A DNA stretch of 64,000 nt, from the NCBI GenBank assembly GCA_016195565.1, contig JACPZK010000011.1:13097-77096 (forward strand), given 5' to 3'. The notes below the pieces were generated by a model that did no database searches, was not told where the DNA came from, and was given only the letters and a program-made list of their open reading frames with translations. Source of the stretch: Nitrospirota bacterium (GTDB lineage: Bacteria; Nitrospirota; Thermodesulfovibrionia; Thermodesulfovibrionales; UBA1546). The position numbers and the translations under genes were made by a program. Shown here piece after piece: positions 9,584-17,026 of this stretch (its first letter is position 1; every line of letters begins with the position of its first letter).

Positions 9584-10183
9584 ATGAAAGTGTCAGGTAT
9601 CGGATTATTAAAAAAACTTTTCACTTTTAACTTTTCACCTCCCCATCCCCCCCTTACTAAGGGGGGGCGAGGGGGGGGCAACAAAGGTTTCACCCTCATA
9701 GAAACAGTAATCGTAATGGTCATTGCAGTTATCCTCGCTGCCGTGGTTGCCGTCGGATGGAGTCCTTTTGACACAATAAAACTCTACAATGCAAAGCGAA
9801 AAGTCGCCGCTGACATAAGATACTCCCAGAAACTTGCAATCTCATCACAGCAGAGGTGCGGAGTTTTCAGGAACAGCGCAACAGCTTACACAGTATTTGA
9901 ACAAGGCAGCACCGCTGACCCTGCGCCAAGTTCAGGGGATGGATGCTCCACAGATGCATCAAATAATTTTGTTGTTGATTTTAGCGCAGGCAGATGCAGT
10001 GATTACAGCGGAGTTACAACCACATTCACCACGTCCGTAGCAAATACAATATACTTCAACTCTCTCGGCACGCCTGTTGACGCCGCAGGAACAGCGATTG
10101 CAGGCAACCAGACTGTAACAGTCACTTTTAATGGCAGCAGGGATATAACCATAGACGCAGGCACAGGAAGGGTGAGTTACTAA
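9584..10183 (+). CDS. prepilin-type minor pilin/pseudopilin (GspH/FimT-like) with 35-aa leader
   Basis: KG|FTLIETVIVMVIAVILA cleavage/methylation motif; the leader contains a heptamer array plus C7/G7/G8 tracts. Confidence 0.75.
   Translation: MKVSGIGLLKKLFTFNFSPPHPPLTKGGRGGGNKGFTLIETVIVMVIAVILAAVVAVGWSPFDTIKLYNAKRKVAADIRYSQKLAISSQQRCGVFRNSATAYTVFEQGSTADPAPSSGDGCSTDASNNFVVDFSAGRCSDYSGVTTTFTTSVANTIYFNSLGTPVDAAGTAIAGNQTVTVTFNGSRDITIDAGTGRVSY
9616..9638. repeat. heptamer array (ACTTTTC ACTTTTA ACTTTTC ..), right-arm type only
   Basis: three or more tandem ACT-anchored 7-mers inside the prepilin leader. Confidence 0.8.
9647..9667. repeat. GC hairpin C7-TTACTAA-G7 (followed by CGA-G8)
   Basis: perfect 7-bp C/G stem; homopolymer tracts at 9647-9653, 9661-9667, 9671-9678. 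Confidence 0.85.
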
Positions 10184-10836
10184 TGAAAAAGTTAAGAGTT
10201 ATGAGTTTAGAGTTAAAAGTTAAAGACATCCTCAGAAAACTTTTCACTTTTAACTTTTCACTTTTAACTTCTAAAAGAGGTTTTACCCTCATTGAGATAT
10301 TGCTGATAATCATAGTTGTTTCAATCGCAATACCCACACTTTTAATTATGGTGGGGCAGGAAGCTAAGTTCGGGGTAGATGCTGAGATAAGAGTCACCGC
10401 AACAAATGTTGCACAGCAATTGCTTGAAGAGATAAAGGCAAAATGCTTTGATGAGACTTCCGTGTCCGGAACAACATGCATACAGACCGCAGCCGCTTCA
10501 ACAACGCTCGGGCCTGAGGCAGGAGAGACAGCGTTATCCTTATACGACGATGTTGACGACTTCAATGATTTGGCGCCGGCAAGTTTAGGAACTACTCCGT
10601 GCACCGACACAGTTACTGTCAATGGTATTGGATTCACAAGGCAGGCTGTGGCCTGCTATGTGAATCCCGGCAATCTCAACAGATGCGTGGATACTGCCCC
10701 TGTGGCGGGAAGCTGCAATAGGACCATTGCAAGCGGAAGCCAAACAGATTACAAAAATATAACCGTAACAGTCACCGCGCCTTCTGACTCCGGGGGCGGC
10801 TCTGTCACGCTGACAACAGTGATGACGAATTACTAA
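10183..10836 (+). CDS. prepilin-type minor pilin (PilV-like) with long leader
   Basis: RG|FTLIEILLIIIVVSIA motif; start overlaps the upstream stop (TAATG). Confidence 0.75.
   Translation: MKKLRVMSLELKVKDILRKLFTFNFSLLTSKRGFTLIEILLIIIVVSIAIPTLLIMVGQEAKFGVDAEIRVTATNVAQQLLEEIKAKCFDETSVSGTTCIQTAAASTTLGPEAGETALSLYDDVDDFNDLAPASLGTTPCTDTVTVNGIGFTRQAVACYVNPGNLNRCVDTAPVAGSCNRTIASGSQTDYKNITVTVTAPSDSGGGSVTLTTVMTNY
10190..10273. repeat. paired heptamer array: 5 x AGTTNNN, 14-nt spacer, 5 x ACTTTTN
   Basis: units phased by hand at 10190-10224 and 10239-10273; the arms are reverse complements. Confidence 0.9.
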
Positions 10837-10837
10837 G

Positions 10838-11413
10838 ATGAGAGTTAAAAGTTTAAAGTTTAAAGTTAAAAGTTCTTTGAAGAAACTCTTCACTCCTCAC
10901 TCTTCACTCTTCACTTGTAAAAATGGCGTTACGCTTATTGAGCTTGTCATAGTAATGGTTCTGGCAGCCATTGTTGCCGTTGTTGTGGCTAATGCCCTGT
11001 CAACGGGGGTTAAGGGAAACCTTGTGACAGACTACCGCAAAGAGGCGCTTGATCAGGCAAGGGTTGCGATGGAGAGGATGAGGAGAGAAATAAGGAATCT
11101 GAATAATAGCGCGAGCGTAACCACAGGAATCGCAACACAATTCTGTTTTACGGACACGGAATCATTGCTGATAGATTACAGTTATTCAAGTCCTAATATC
11201 ACCCGCGACACTGGCAATTGTGCTGCCGGAGGCGGGGCAACGCTTTCAACGAGTATAACTGCGTTTTCATTCGTTTATCTCAGGGCAGATGGAGTTACTG
11301 TTGATTCACCATTCTCCGCTGCAACCACAAAGCTTATAAGAATAATTTTGACCGCTAACATCTCAGGCGAAAGCGTTCAGCTTCAGACAGAGGTCTGGCC
11401 GCGGAATTTGTGA
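10838..11413 (+). CDS. prepilin-type minor pilin (PilW-like) with long leader
   Basis: NG|VTLIELVIVMVLAAIVA motif; EALDQARVAMERMRREIR region typical of PilW-like proteins. Confidence 0.7.
   Translation: MRVKSLKFKVKSSLKKLFTPHSSLFTCKNGVTLIELVIVMVLAAIVAVVVANALSTGVKGNLVTDYRKEALDQARVAMERMRREIRNLNNSASVTTGIATQFCFTDTESLLIDYSYSSPNITRDTGNCAAGGGATLSTSITAFSFVYLRADGVTVDSPFSAATTKLIRIILTANISGESVQLQTEVWPRNL
10843..10919. repeat. paired heptamer array: 5 x AGTTNNN, 7-nt spacer, 5 x ACTYYTC
   Basis: units phased at 10843-10877 and 10885-10919. Confidence 0.9.
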
Positions 11414-11425
11414 TATAATTTTTAT

Positions 11426-12445
11426 ATGAAACATAAACATTCAGGCAATTCCGGCATGTCCATCATTGCAACTGTCATGATTATGATGATACTTGCGCTT
11501 TTCGCCGCTATCGGAGTTTCGCTTGTAACAACCGGAAGCAATGTTGCGGTTCAGGAAGAGCGCGGGCTTGAGGCGTTTTACATTGCAGACGGAGGGCTTC
11601 AATACGCAATAAAGACATATAACTTTCCAAATTTTGTTGTTACTCCCAAGCCTCTCGGAGAAGGCTCATTTACCACAACAGTGCCTACGCTTTTAGCAGC
11701 TATAGATAATGCTGTGTTAACAATCACTGTGTCTTCAACAGACGGGTTTATTCTTAACCCCGGAGACGCAACCAGTTATTGGATAATGCTGTGTGATAAT
11801 AACGGCGCTGACAACCCGACTGCGACGCCGAATCCGAATCTTGACGCGGCAACGGCAAACTGTGAAAAAATAAGCTTTACAGGCAAAACAGCAACAACAT
11901 TTATAGGAGGCACAAGGGGAAGGGACAGCAGCACCGCAGACACCCATCAACTGGGCGCAGTTGTTCTTGGCTATTCGTGGGACCCGGCAAAAACAACGAC
12001 GATATCAACCCGTGATTTCACCACGGGTAATCGATGCACCAGTATTGCCACAACTTTATGTGTCGCCTCAACAGCGAATTTTGCAACCTCAGGCTTTGTC
12101 AGAATAGATGACAACAACCAAAACAACAGAGAGGATGTTTTTTATAACGGCATTGGCATTGGCGCAGCCCAATGCGGCGCGGGGTGCGCGGCGTGTCTGG
12201 GTTATACTAATCCTTTTCCCGCGGCGGGCAACTGCATAAGAAGGGCGTATGATGATAATAACAACACCACTGGAACCATCAATCACGACAGTTCCGACGC
12301 CGGCGGCGCCTACGGGGTGGTGGGCGCTCCAATCTATCAGTCTGAAATCTCTGTTCTTGCCACATCAACGGGCGTAGTTCCTGGTGCCATACTTACAGGC
12401 AACATACAGAGGGTTGTGCAGGGAAAAATAATGCCGCTGCAGTGA
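11426..12445 (+). CDS. PilX-like minor pilin / pilus-associated protein
   Basis: N-terminal hydrophobic helix GMSIIATVMIMMILALFAAIGV without FTLIE; position after the PilW-like gene. Confidence 0.55.
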   Translation: MKHKHSGNSGMSIIATVMIMMILALFAAIGVSLVTTGSNVAVQEERGLEAFYIADGGLQYAIKTYNFPNFVVTPKPLGEGSFTTTVPTLLAAIDNAVLTITVSSTDGFILNPGDATSYWIMLCDNNGADNPTATPNPNLDAATANCEKISFTGKTATTFIGGTRGRDSSTADTHQLGAVVLGYSWDPAKTTTISTRDFTTGNRCTSIATTLCVASTANFATSGFVRIDDNNQNNREDVFYNGIGIGAAQCGAGCAACLGYTNPFPAAGNCIRRAYDDNNNTTGTINHDSSDAGGAYGVVGAPIYQSEISVLATSTGVVPGAILTGNIQRVVQGKIMPLQ

Positions 12446-12462
12446 GGGATGGGAAATGGCCT

Positions 12463-12560
12463 GTCATTGCAAGGGCAGAATTTCTCGCTGTCATTGCGAG
12501 CACCTGAAAGGTGCGTGGCAATCTCATTGCAAAAGACGAGATTGTTTCGCTCGCAATAAC
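12463..12560. repeat. type-A palindromic element (with an extra head copy)
   Basis: gtcattgcaag..gtcattgcgag..tggcaatct..gagattgtttcgctcgcaataac. Confidence 0.8.
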
Positions 12561-12569
12561 CGGTAAAAT

Positions 12570-12857
12570 ATGGACAGACAATACTATCTATACATTATGA
12601 CAAATCAGAAAAATACAGTAATTTATACAGGTGTCACTAACAATTTAAAAAGAAGGGCTTATGAACATAAGGAGAAACTGGTTGAGGGATTTACAAAAAA
12701 ATATAACATTACAAAATTAGTTTATTACGAGATATTTAGTAATATAGAGTATGCTATTTTAAGAGAGAAACAGATTAAAGGCGGACCAAGAGCAAAGAAG
12801 ATTGCATTGATTAATAAAATAAATCATCAATGGAAAGACTTGTATGAAGACTTGTAA
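12570..12857 (+). CDS. small GIY-YIG nuclease-family protein
   Basis: YYLYIMTN...VIYTGVTNNLKRRAYEHK motif, 95 aa. Confidence 0.8.
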   Translation: MDRQYYLYIMTNQKNTVIYTGVTNNLKRRAYEHKEKLVEGFTKKYNITKLVYYEIFSNIEYAILREKQIKGGPRAKKIALINKINHQWKDLYEDL

Positions 12858-12879
12858 GGTTTGTCCCGAAAACAAGCAA

Positions 12880-12963
12880 GGGATTGCCCCGAACGGACAA
12901 GATTGCTTCGGGACTTCATCCCTCGCAATGACAGATAGGCGGAGTGTCTCTCCTCACAATGAC
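12880..12963. repeat. type-A element, right half with duplicated tail
   Basis: gggattgcc..agattgcttcggg..ctcgcaatgac..ctcacaatgac. Confidence 0.75.
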
Positions 12964-13005
12964 AAATGTATTGCTATCCAAAATTCCGTAAGGAACCGAA
13001 AACAT

Positions 13006-14697
13006 TTGCTCATAAGTTTACTGATAGCTGTCTCTCTTGTGTTTTTACTCCCTGACGGCGCCTCTGCCGGGCAAATTCCATTCACAGAACTTCAGATGCC
13101 TTCAGGACAGGACGGCACAACAGGACAAGGCGATTATGTAAGCTCAACCGGAGGCCTTAACACGTATCTCTCTTATTTTATTGAAGTCCCGCCGAGTTCA
13201 ACCACTCTGGTTGTTGACCTGTATGACGCAGATGTAGGGAATTTAGTCCCAAGCGATATAGGCGACAGGGTCCGTACTGCATATAATACATCCGTCACTT
13301 ACACCCTTTTAACACCTGCCGGGGCAACACAGGTTACAAAAACATGCGATTCCCTTCTTAATCTATGCATTCTTGAGAACGGCACATGGACAAACTTGGC
13401 TACAGTTGTTAATCCGGCTGCAGGGCACTGGGAGCTTCGGGTTGACATGGGCGCGGGTGACGACCTGAACGGTTTTGCGATAAGGGCGCATGACGGCGAC
13501 AAAACATCACGCGGAACAGAATACAATATATATGCGGACTCGTTTATTGACATTGGCGTCCATACCGCGGGCGGAAGCGGCGTCTATACAAATATATTTC
13601 CATTTATCACCTCAGGCTGTAACTTTTCAACCAGAGATTGGGATATGGACGGAGCAGGATCAATTTCAGTGACAAGCAGAACCGGCGCATTCACGCAGAC
13701 TAATTCTGCGGTTTCAGGCAGTACTGTATGGTTAACTACAACTGTGCCTGAAACAGGCTCCGGATGGACTACGGATGATTCAGCGGGTGATTACGGCATC
13801 TGGAGTTCCAATATGACAGTAAGTTTAGGCGCTAATTATACAACTATTTACCTTGGAACCTATAATTCAGGGGCAACTCCGCCAACAACACAGCCTCAGG
13901 CAAACACCTTTCGTATGTATTTTCCGACTGACGCCCTTTTAGGAGTAAATACCGCGCTCTCAGCCGGGAAGCTGATAGACGCCACAGCAAACTTTTCGGA
14001 TCCTGCCTCTCCGGTAATTATAGGTGATATTGTAAAAAATATATCACTGGGCACCGAAACAACGGTAACGTCAATAGACAGCGCCACACAGCTTGGACTT
14101 GCGGTTGATATTTTTACGGCCACACCGCAGAATTACTCTGTCAGCGGTTCAGCAACCGCCGCGCCTGTGAAGCCGTATCTTAGCCAGATATTACCAGACA
14201 TCCCGACGGTTATTACAGGCAAGACTACCCAGGTCAATATTCAGGTGACGATAACCAACCCGACTCCTTATAATATTACATTCTCTGCAGCAAACCTTGT
14301 TACCGCGAATGTGCCCGGCCCTACATGTCCGGCGGCTACAAATTCAGCCTGTTATGTGGGAAATTCCGCTTCCGTAACTCAGGGGGCTGTTAATTCCCAG
14401 CCCGCTGACGGGGCAACAGGGAACATAACATGGAACCCCGGAACGCTTTTAGCCGGCGCCTCTGCTTCTCTCACTTACACGGTAAAGGCAGCTCCGAATG
14501 CCGACGGCACTCGCATCCCTGTCACCGGCACCCCGGCGTCCAACGGAACCACAGCAAAATATGTTGATGAGACCGGCAATACCACACAGGCGCGCGCTAC
14601 ATATACCTACGGCCCTTTGTGCGAGCTTGCCGTAACATCAGTGTCGGGAGCCACAGGCGCAAAACGCTTTCTGAGATGGCGCGAGGTTATTCAGTAG
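13006..14697 (+). CDS. large secreted S/T/G/N-rich protein at the PilY1/tip-adhesin position
   Basis: proposed TTG start (AGGA 11 nt upstream) gives the signal peptide LLISLLIAVSLVFLLPDGASA; the longest ORF (from 12844) reads through repeat DNA and overlaps the GIY-YIG gene. Confidence 0.5.
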   Translation: MLISLLIAVSLVFLLPDGASAGQIPFTELQMPSGQDGTTGQGDYVSSTGGLNTYLSYFIEVPPSSTTLVVDLYDADVGNLVPSDIGDRVRTAYNTSVTYTLLTPAGATQVTKTCDSLLNLCILENGTWTNLATVVNPAAGHWELRVDMGAGDDLNGFAIRAHDGDKTSRGTEYNIYADSFIDIGVHTAGGSGVYTNIFPFITSGCNFSTRDWDMDGAGSISVTSRTGAFTQTNSAVSGSTVWLTTTVPETGSGWTTDDSAGDYGIWSSNMTVSLGANYTTIYLGTYNSGATPPTTQPQANTFRMYFPTDALLGVNTALSAGKLIDATANFSDPASPVIIGDIVKNISLGTETTVTSIDSATQLGLAVDIFTATPQNYSVSGSATAAPVKPYLSQILPDIPTVITGKTTQVNIQVTITNPTPYNITFSAANLVTANVPGPTCPAATNSACYVGNSASVTQGAVNSQPADGATGNITWNPGTLLAGASASLTYTVKAAPNADGTRIPVTGTPASNGTTAKYVDETGNTTQARATYTYGPLCELAVTSVSGATGAKRFLRWREVIQ

Positions 14698-14741
14698 AAG
14701 GAATCAGCGTACTTCAAAGTAATTTGTGTTATAATTTTTGT

Positions 14742-15155
14742 GTGAAAACAGATTTCTTAAAACAAATAAAAGATTATTTTAAGGACAGAGAAGAGGTTTC
14801 CGCTGTTTATCTGTTTGGCTCCACGGCAACCGGAAGTGAAACCGCTTCAAGTGATATTGACATTGCTATATTGCTAAAGCGCGGGGTTAATCCATACAAG
14901 CCGGACATCCAGTTAAAAATAATGTCAGACCTTGAATTGCTTTTAAAGAAACGCATTGATGTTGTTCTGCTGAACAGCGCAGACCCTATACTTGAACACC
15001 AGATACGCAAACATAGCAAAGTCCTCATTGATAAAAATCCGAAAATCAGAATGACTTATGAGTTAGAGGCAAGGAAAAAATACTTTGATTTTATATACAG
15101 GCACAACAACTATATGAAAATCCTGAAAAACAGGATTTTGCAGGTTTCACGATGA
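14742..15155 (+). CDS. mntA: MNT-type nucleotidyltransferase antitoxin
   Basis: LFGSTATGSETASSDIDIAIL (GSxxxG..DxD) motif; GTG 14742 or TTG 14724 start; TGtTATAAT extended -10 at 14727-14735; 4-nt overlap with hepT. Confidence 0.75.
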   Translation: MKTDFLKQIKDYFKDREEVSAVYLFGSTATGSETASSDIDIAILLKRGVNPYKPDIQLKIMSDLELLLKKRIDVVLLNSADPILEHQIRKHSKVLIDKNPKIRMTYELEARKKYFDFIYRHNNYMKILKNRILQVSR

Positions 15156-15601
15156 CAGATAAAGAAATTACAGACAGGCTGATTTCTCTGATTTCGGAAT
15201 ATACGGCTGATTTAAAAGAGGCCGCAGGGTCATACAGGAAATTTTCAGATTTCAGGGCTGACAAAAAAACCCAGAGATACGCTGAACGGACACTCCAGAT
15301 AGGCATTGAGGCGTGTCTTGACCTTGCCAATCATATTATTTCAGCAGAGGGTTTCCGGGAGCCTTCAAGCAATGCCGATGCTTTCTATGTGCTTTGTGAA
15401 AATAAGATAATTCCGACAGCCTTCTTCAATAAACTGAAAGACATGGCAAGTTTCAGAAACCTGATGGTCCATAATTACGCAAAGGTGGACATTGCAAAGG
15501 TTTACGGAATTCTGAAAAGGCATCTAAGAGATTTTGATATATATCTCGCCTATATCGTCAAGTTTCTTGAAAGAAACAAAACAGCAAAGAAAAAGAAGTA
15601 A
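15152..15601 (+). CDS. hepT: HepT (DUF86/HEPN) toxin
   Basis: RNLMVHNY matches the Rx4HxY HEPN motif; paired with MNT. Confidence 0.8.
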   Translation: MTDKEITDRLISLISEYTADLKEAAGSYRKFSDFRADKKTQRYAERTLQIGIEACLDLANHIISAEGFREPSSNADAFYVLCENKIIPTAFFNKLKDMASFRNLMVHNYAKVDIAKVYGILKRHLRDFDIYLAYIVKFLERNKTAKKKK

Positions 15602-15681
15602 AAGTAACTGTCACATGCTCCTCCAGAATTACAGCCACAGGCCAAAAACGCTTTCTGAGATGGCGCGAGGTCTTTCAGTAA
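15601..15681 (+). pseudogene. orphan 3' gene fragment (..VTVTCSSRITATGQKRFLRWREVFQ*) paralogous to the adhesin C-terminus
   Basis: no start codon in frame (stop at 15568-15570); compare ..LAVTSVSGATGAKRFLRWREVIQ* at 14629-14697. Confidence 0.45.
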
Positions 15682-15746
15682 GGCATTCTCATTTGACATG
15701 AAACAAACATGCCTCAAAAAGACATAAAGGGCAATGACACTGCAAT

Positions 15747-15811
15747 GTCATTCCCGCAAAGGCGGGAATCCAGAACAAATACACTGGATTCCGTGTCAAG
15801 CACGGAATGAC
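15747..15811. repeat. type-B palindromic element (GTCATTCC-hairpin-AATCCAG ... CTGGATTCC-hairpin-GGAATGAC)
   Basis: two hairpins attcccgc/gcgggaat and attccgtg/cacggaat joined by ccag..ctgg. Confidence 0.85.
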
Positions 15812-15892
15812 AGAATATAAAAATGTCATCTTACTTATGAACTCCTTATTGATACCTTTACTCTGTTAGAAATCTTTTATTTCTAACAGAGT

Positions 15893-17026
15893 TTATCCTG
15901 CATTGACAAATCTGCCGCCTTTTATAAGCGCTGTCCTGATGCCGCCTTTATGAATCAATGTCACGGTGGGCCTGAAGAACACAAAGTCCTGATGAAACGG
16001 CGTGCTGACATTTCCTCCGAATGAACTGTTGTCACCAAGCGCAATATGAATCGTGCCGAGGATTTTTTCCGATTCAAGAATATTGTCAGGCCTTTTCGCC
16101 ATATCATTGGTGCCTATGCCGAGTTCCGCTATATTTGCATTTTCAATGCGCTCTGACAGTTTTGCTCTCAGATAACCGGCGTATTCCTCATCACCTGATA
16201 CCTCTTTAACAAATCCGTTTTTTACTGTTAATGTCACAGGTGATTTTAATTGCCTCGTAGGCGCAAACTCAAGGACCAGCCGACCTTCTGCCGTGCCTTC
16301 CAACGGCGCAAGATATACCTCGCCTGCCGGAAGATTTCCGAATGAACCCGGCGCTGTGAGAAGCCCGGTGTCTGATTCTGCCTTCCTGCCTTTTTTTGAA
16401 AATGAAATAGAGGTGCCGTTAGGCGTCTCTATCTCTACAGCCTCAGCCTTATCTACAATTCTCGCAATGCCCCTGGTCCTTCTGTCAATCAGTCTCCAGT
16501 TTACGTTCATTGCGCCCTCAAGCATCGCCGCATCAAACAACGGCATGCTGGCATAACGTGTTTTGCATATCCTTGTCAGAAGGTCCCTGAACCTCGTATG
16601 GCTTGTAGAATAATTTGAAAGCGCAATGACAGCATTCACAGCATACTTTTTATGGCGGGCTATAATTTCTTCTGCCCTTCTCATATCCGAATCATCAGCT
16701 TTTTTATTTATGAGGCGGGCTGACAGCTTTTGCGCCTTCAGCTCATTGAATGCCTTTTCGCCGAATGCCATTGCCCATAGTTCTTTAGGAGGCTCTGCGC
16801 CGTGGCTGCCTGTGGCAGGATATTCATGATAAAGAATCTTTTTGCAGAAACCTTTCCCTGTCTCAGCGATAAGGATGGCTATGTCGCGCAGTCTTTCCCT
16901 TCTGCATCTGTCTGAATCCTCTATGAACTCTTCATTAAATGGCACATCTGTGAATACAAGAACACTCTCTGATTTTTTGACTCTTAGGTTAACGCTGAAT
17001 ATGTTCCTTAGCGTCTTTGTCGTCAA
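15893..17026 (-). CDS. aminopeptidase, probably M29 (AmpS/AmpT-like) family
   Basis: AELGIGTN and GTIHIALGDN..GGNVSTPFHQD regions resemble M29 motifs as I recall them. Confidence 0.5.
   Translation of the reverse strand: MTTKTLRNIFSVNLRVKKSESVLVFTDVPFNEEFIEDSDRCRRERLRDIAILIAETGKGFCKKILYHEYPATGSHGAEPPKELWAMAFGEKAFNELKAQKLSARLINKKADDSDMRRAEEIIARHKKYAVNAVIALSNYSTSHTRFRDLLTRICKTRYASMPLFDAAMLEGAMNVNWRLIDRRTRGIARIVDKAEAVEIETPNGTSISFSKKGRKAESDTGLLTAPGSFGNLPAGEVYLAPLEGTAEGRLVLEFAPTRQLKSPVTLTVKNGFVKEVSGDEEYAGYLRAKLSERIENANIAELGIGTNDMAKRPDNILESEKILGTIHIALGDNSSFGGNVSTPFHQDFVFFRPTVTLIHKGGIRTALIKGGRFVNAG

Larger units (their letters stand above)
14651..15681 (+). mobile_element. MNT/HepT cassette bounded by 47-bp imperfect direct repeats (42/47 identical)
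   Basis: 14651-14697 and 15635-15681 both read ccacaggc..aaaacgctttctgagatggcgcgaggt..ttcagta; the first copy is the 3' end of the adhesin gene. Confidence 0.4.

Noticed and set aside
12844-13005. Longest-ORF starts for several genes (12844, 47658, 31595, 8930, 39026, 23563, 14619)
   Set aside because: The extensions run through repeat elements or the upstream gene. Downstream starts give proper signal peptides or family-typical N-termini.
14651-15681. Diversity-generating retroelement (VR/TR pair), given the duplicated gene 3' end and an Avd-like gene at 57940
   Set aside because: The repeat is only 47 bp. The 5 mismatches are not adenine-specific. No reverse transcriptase is present, and the Avd-like gene is 42 kb away.
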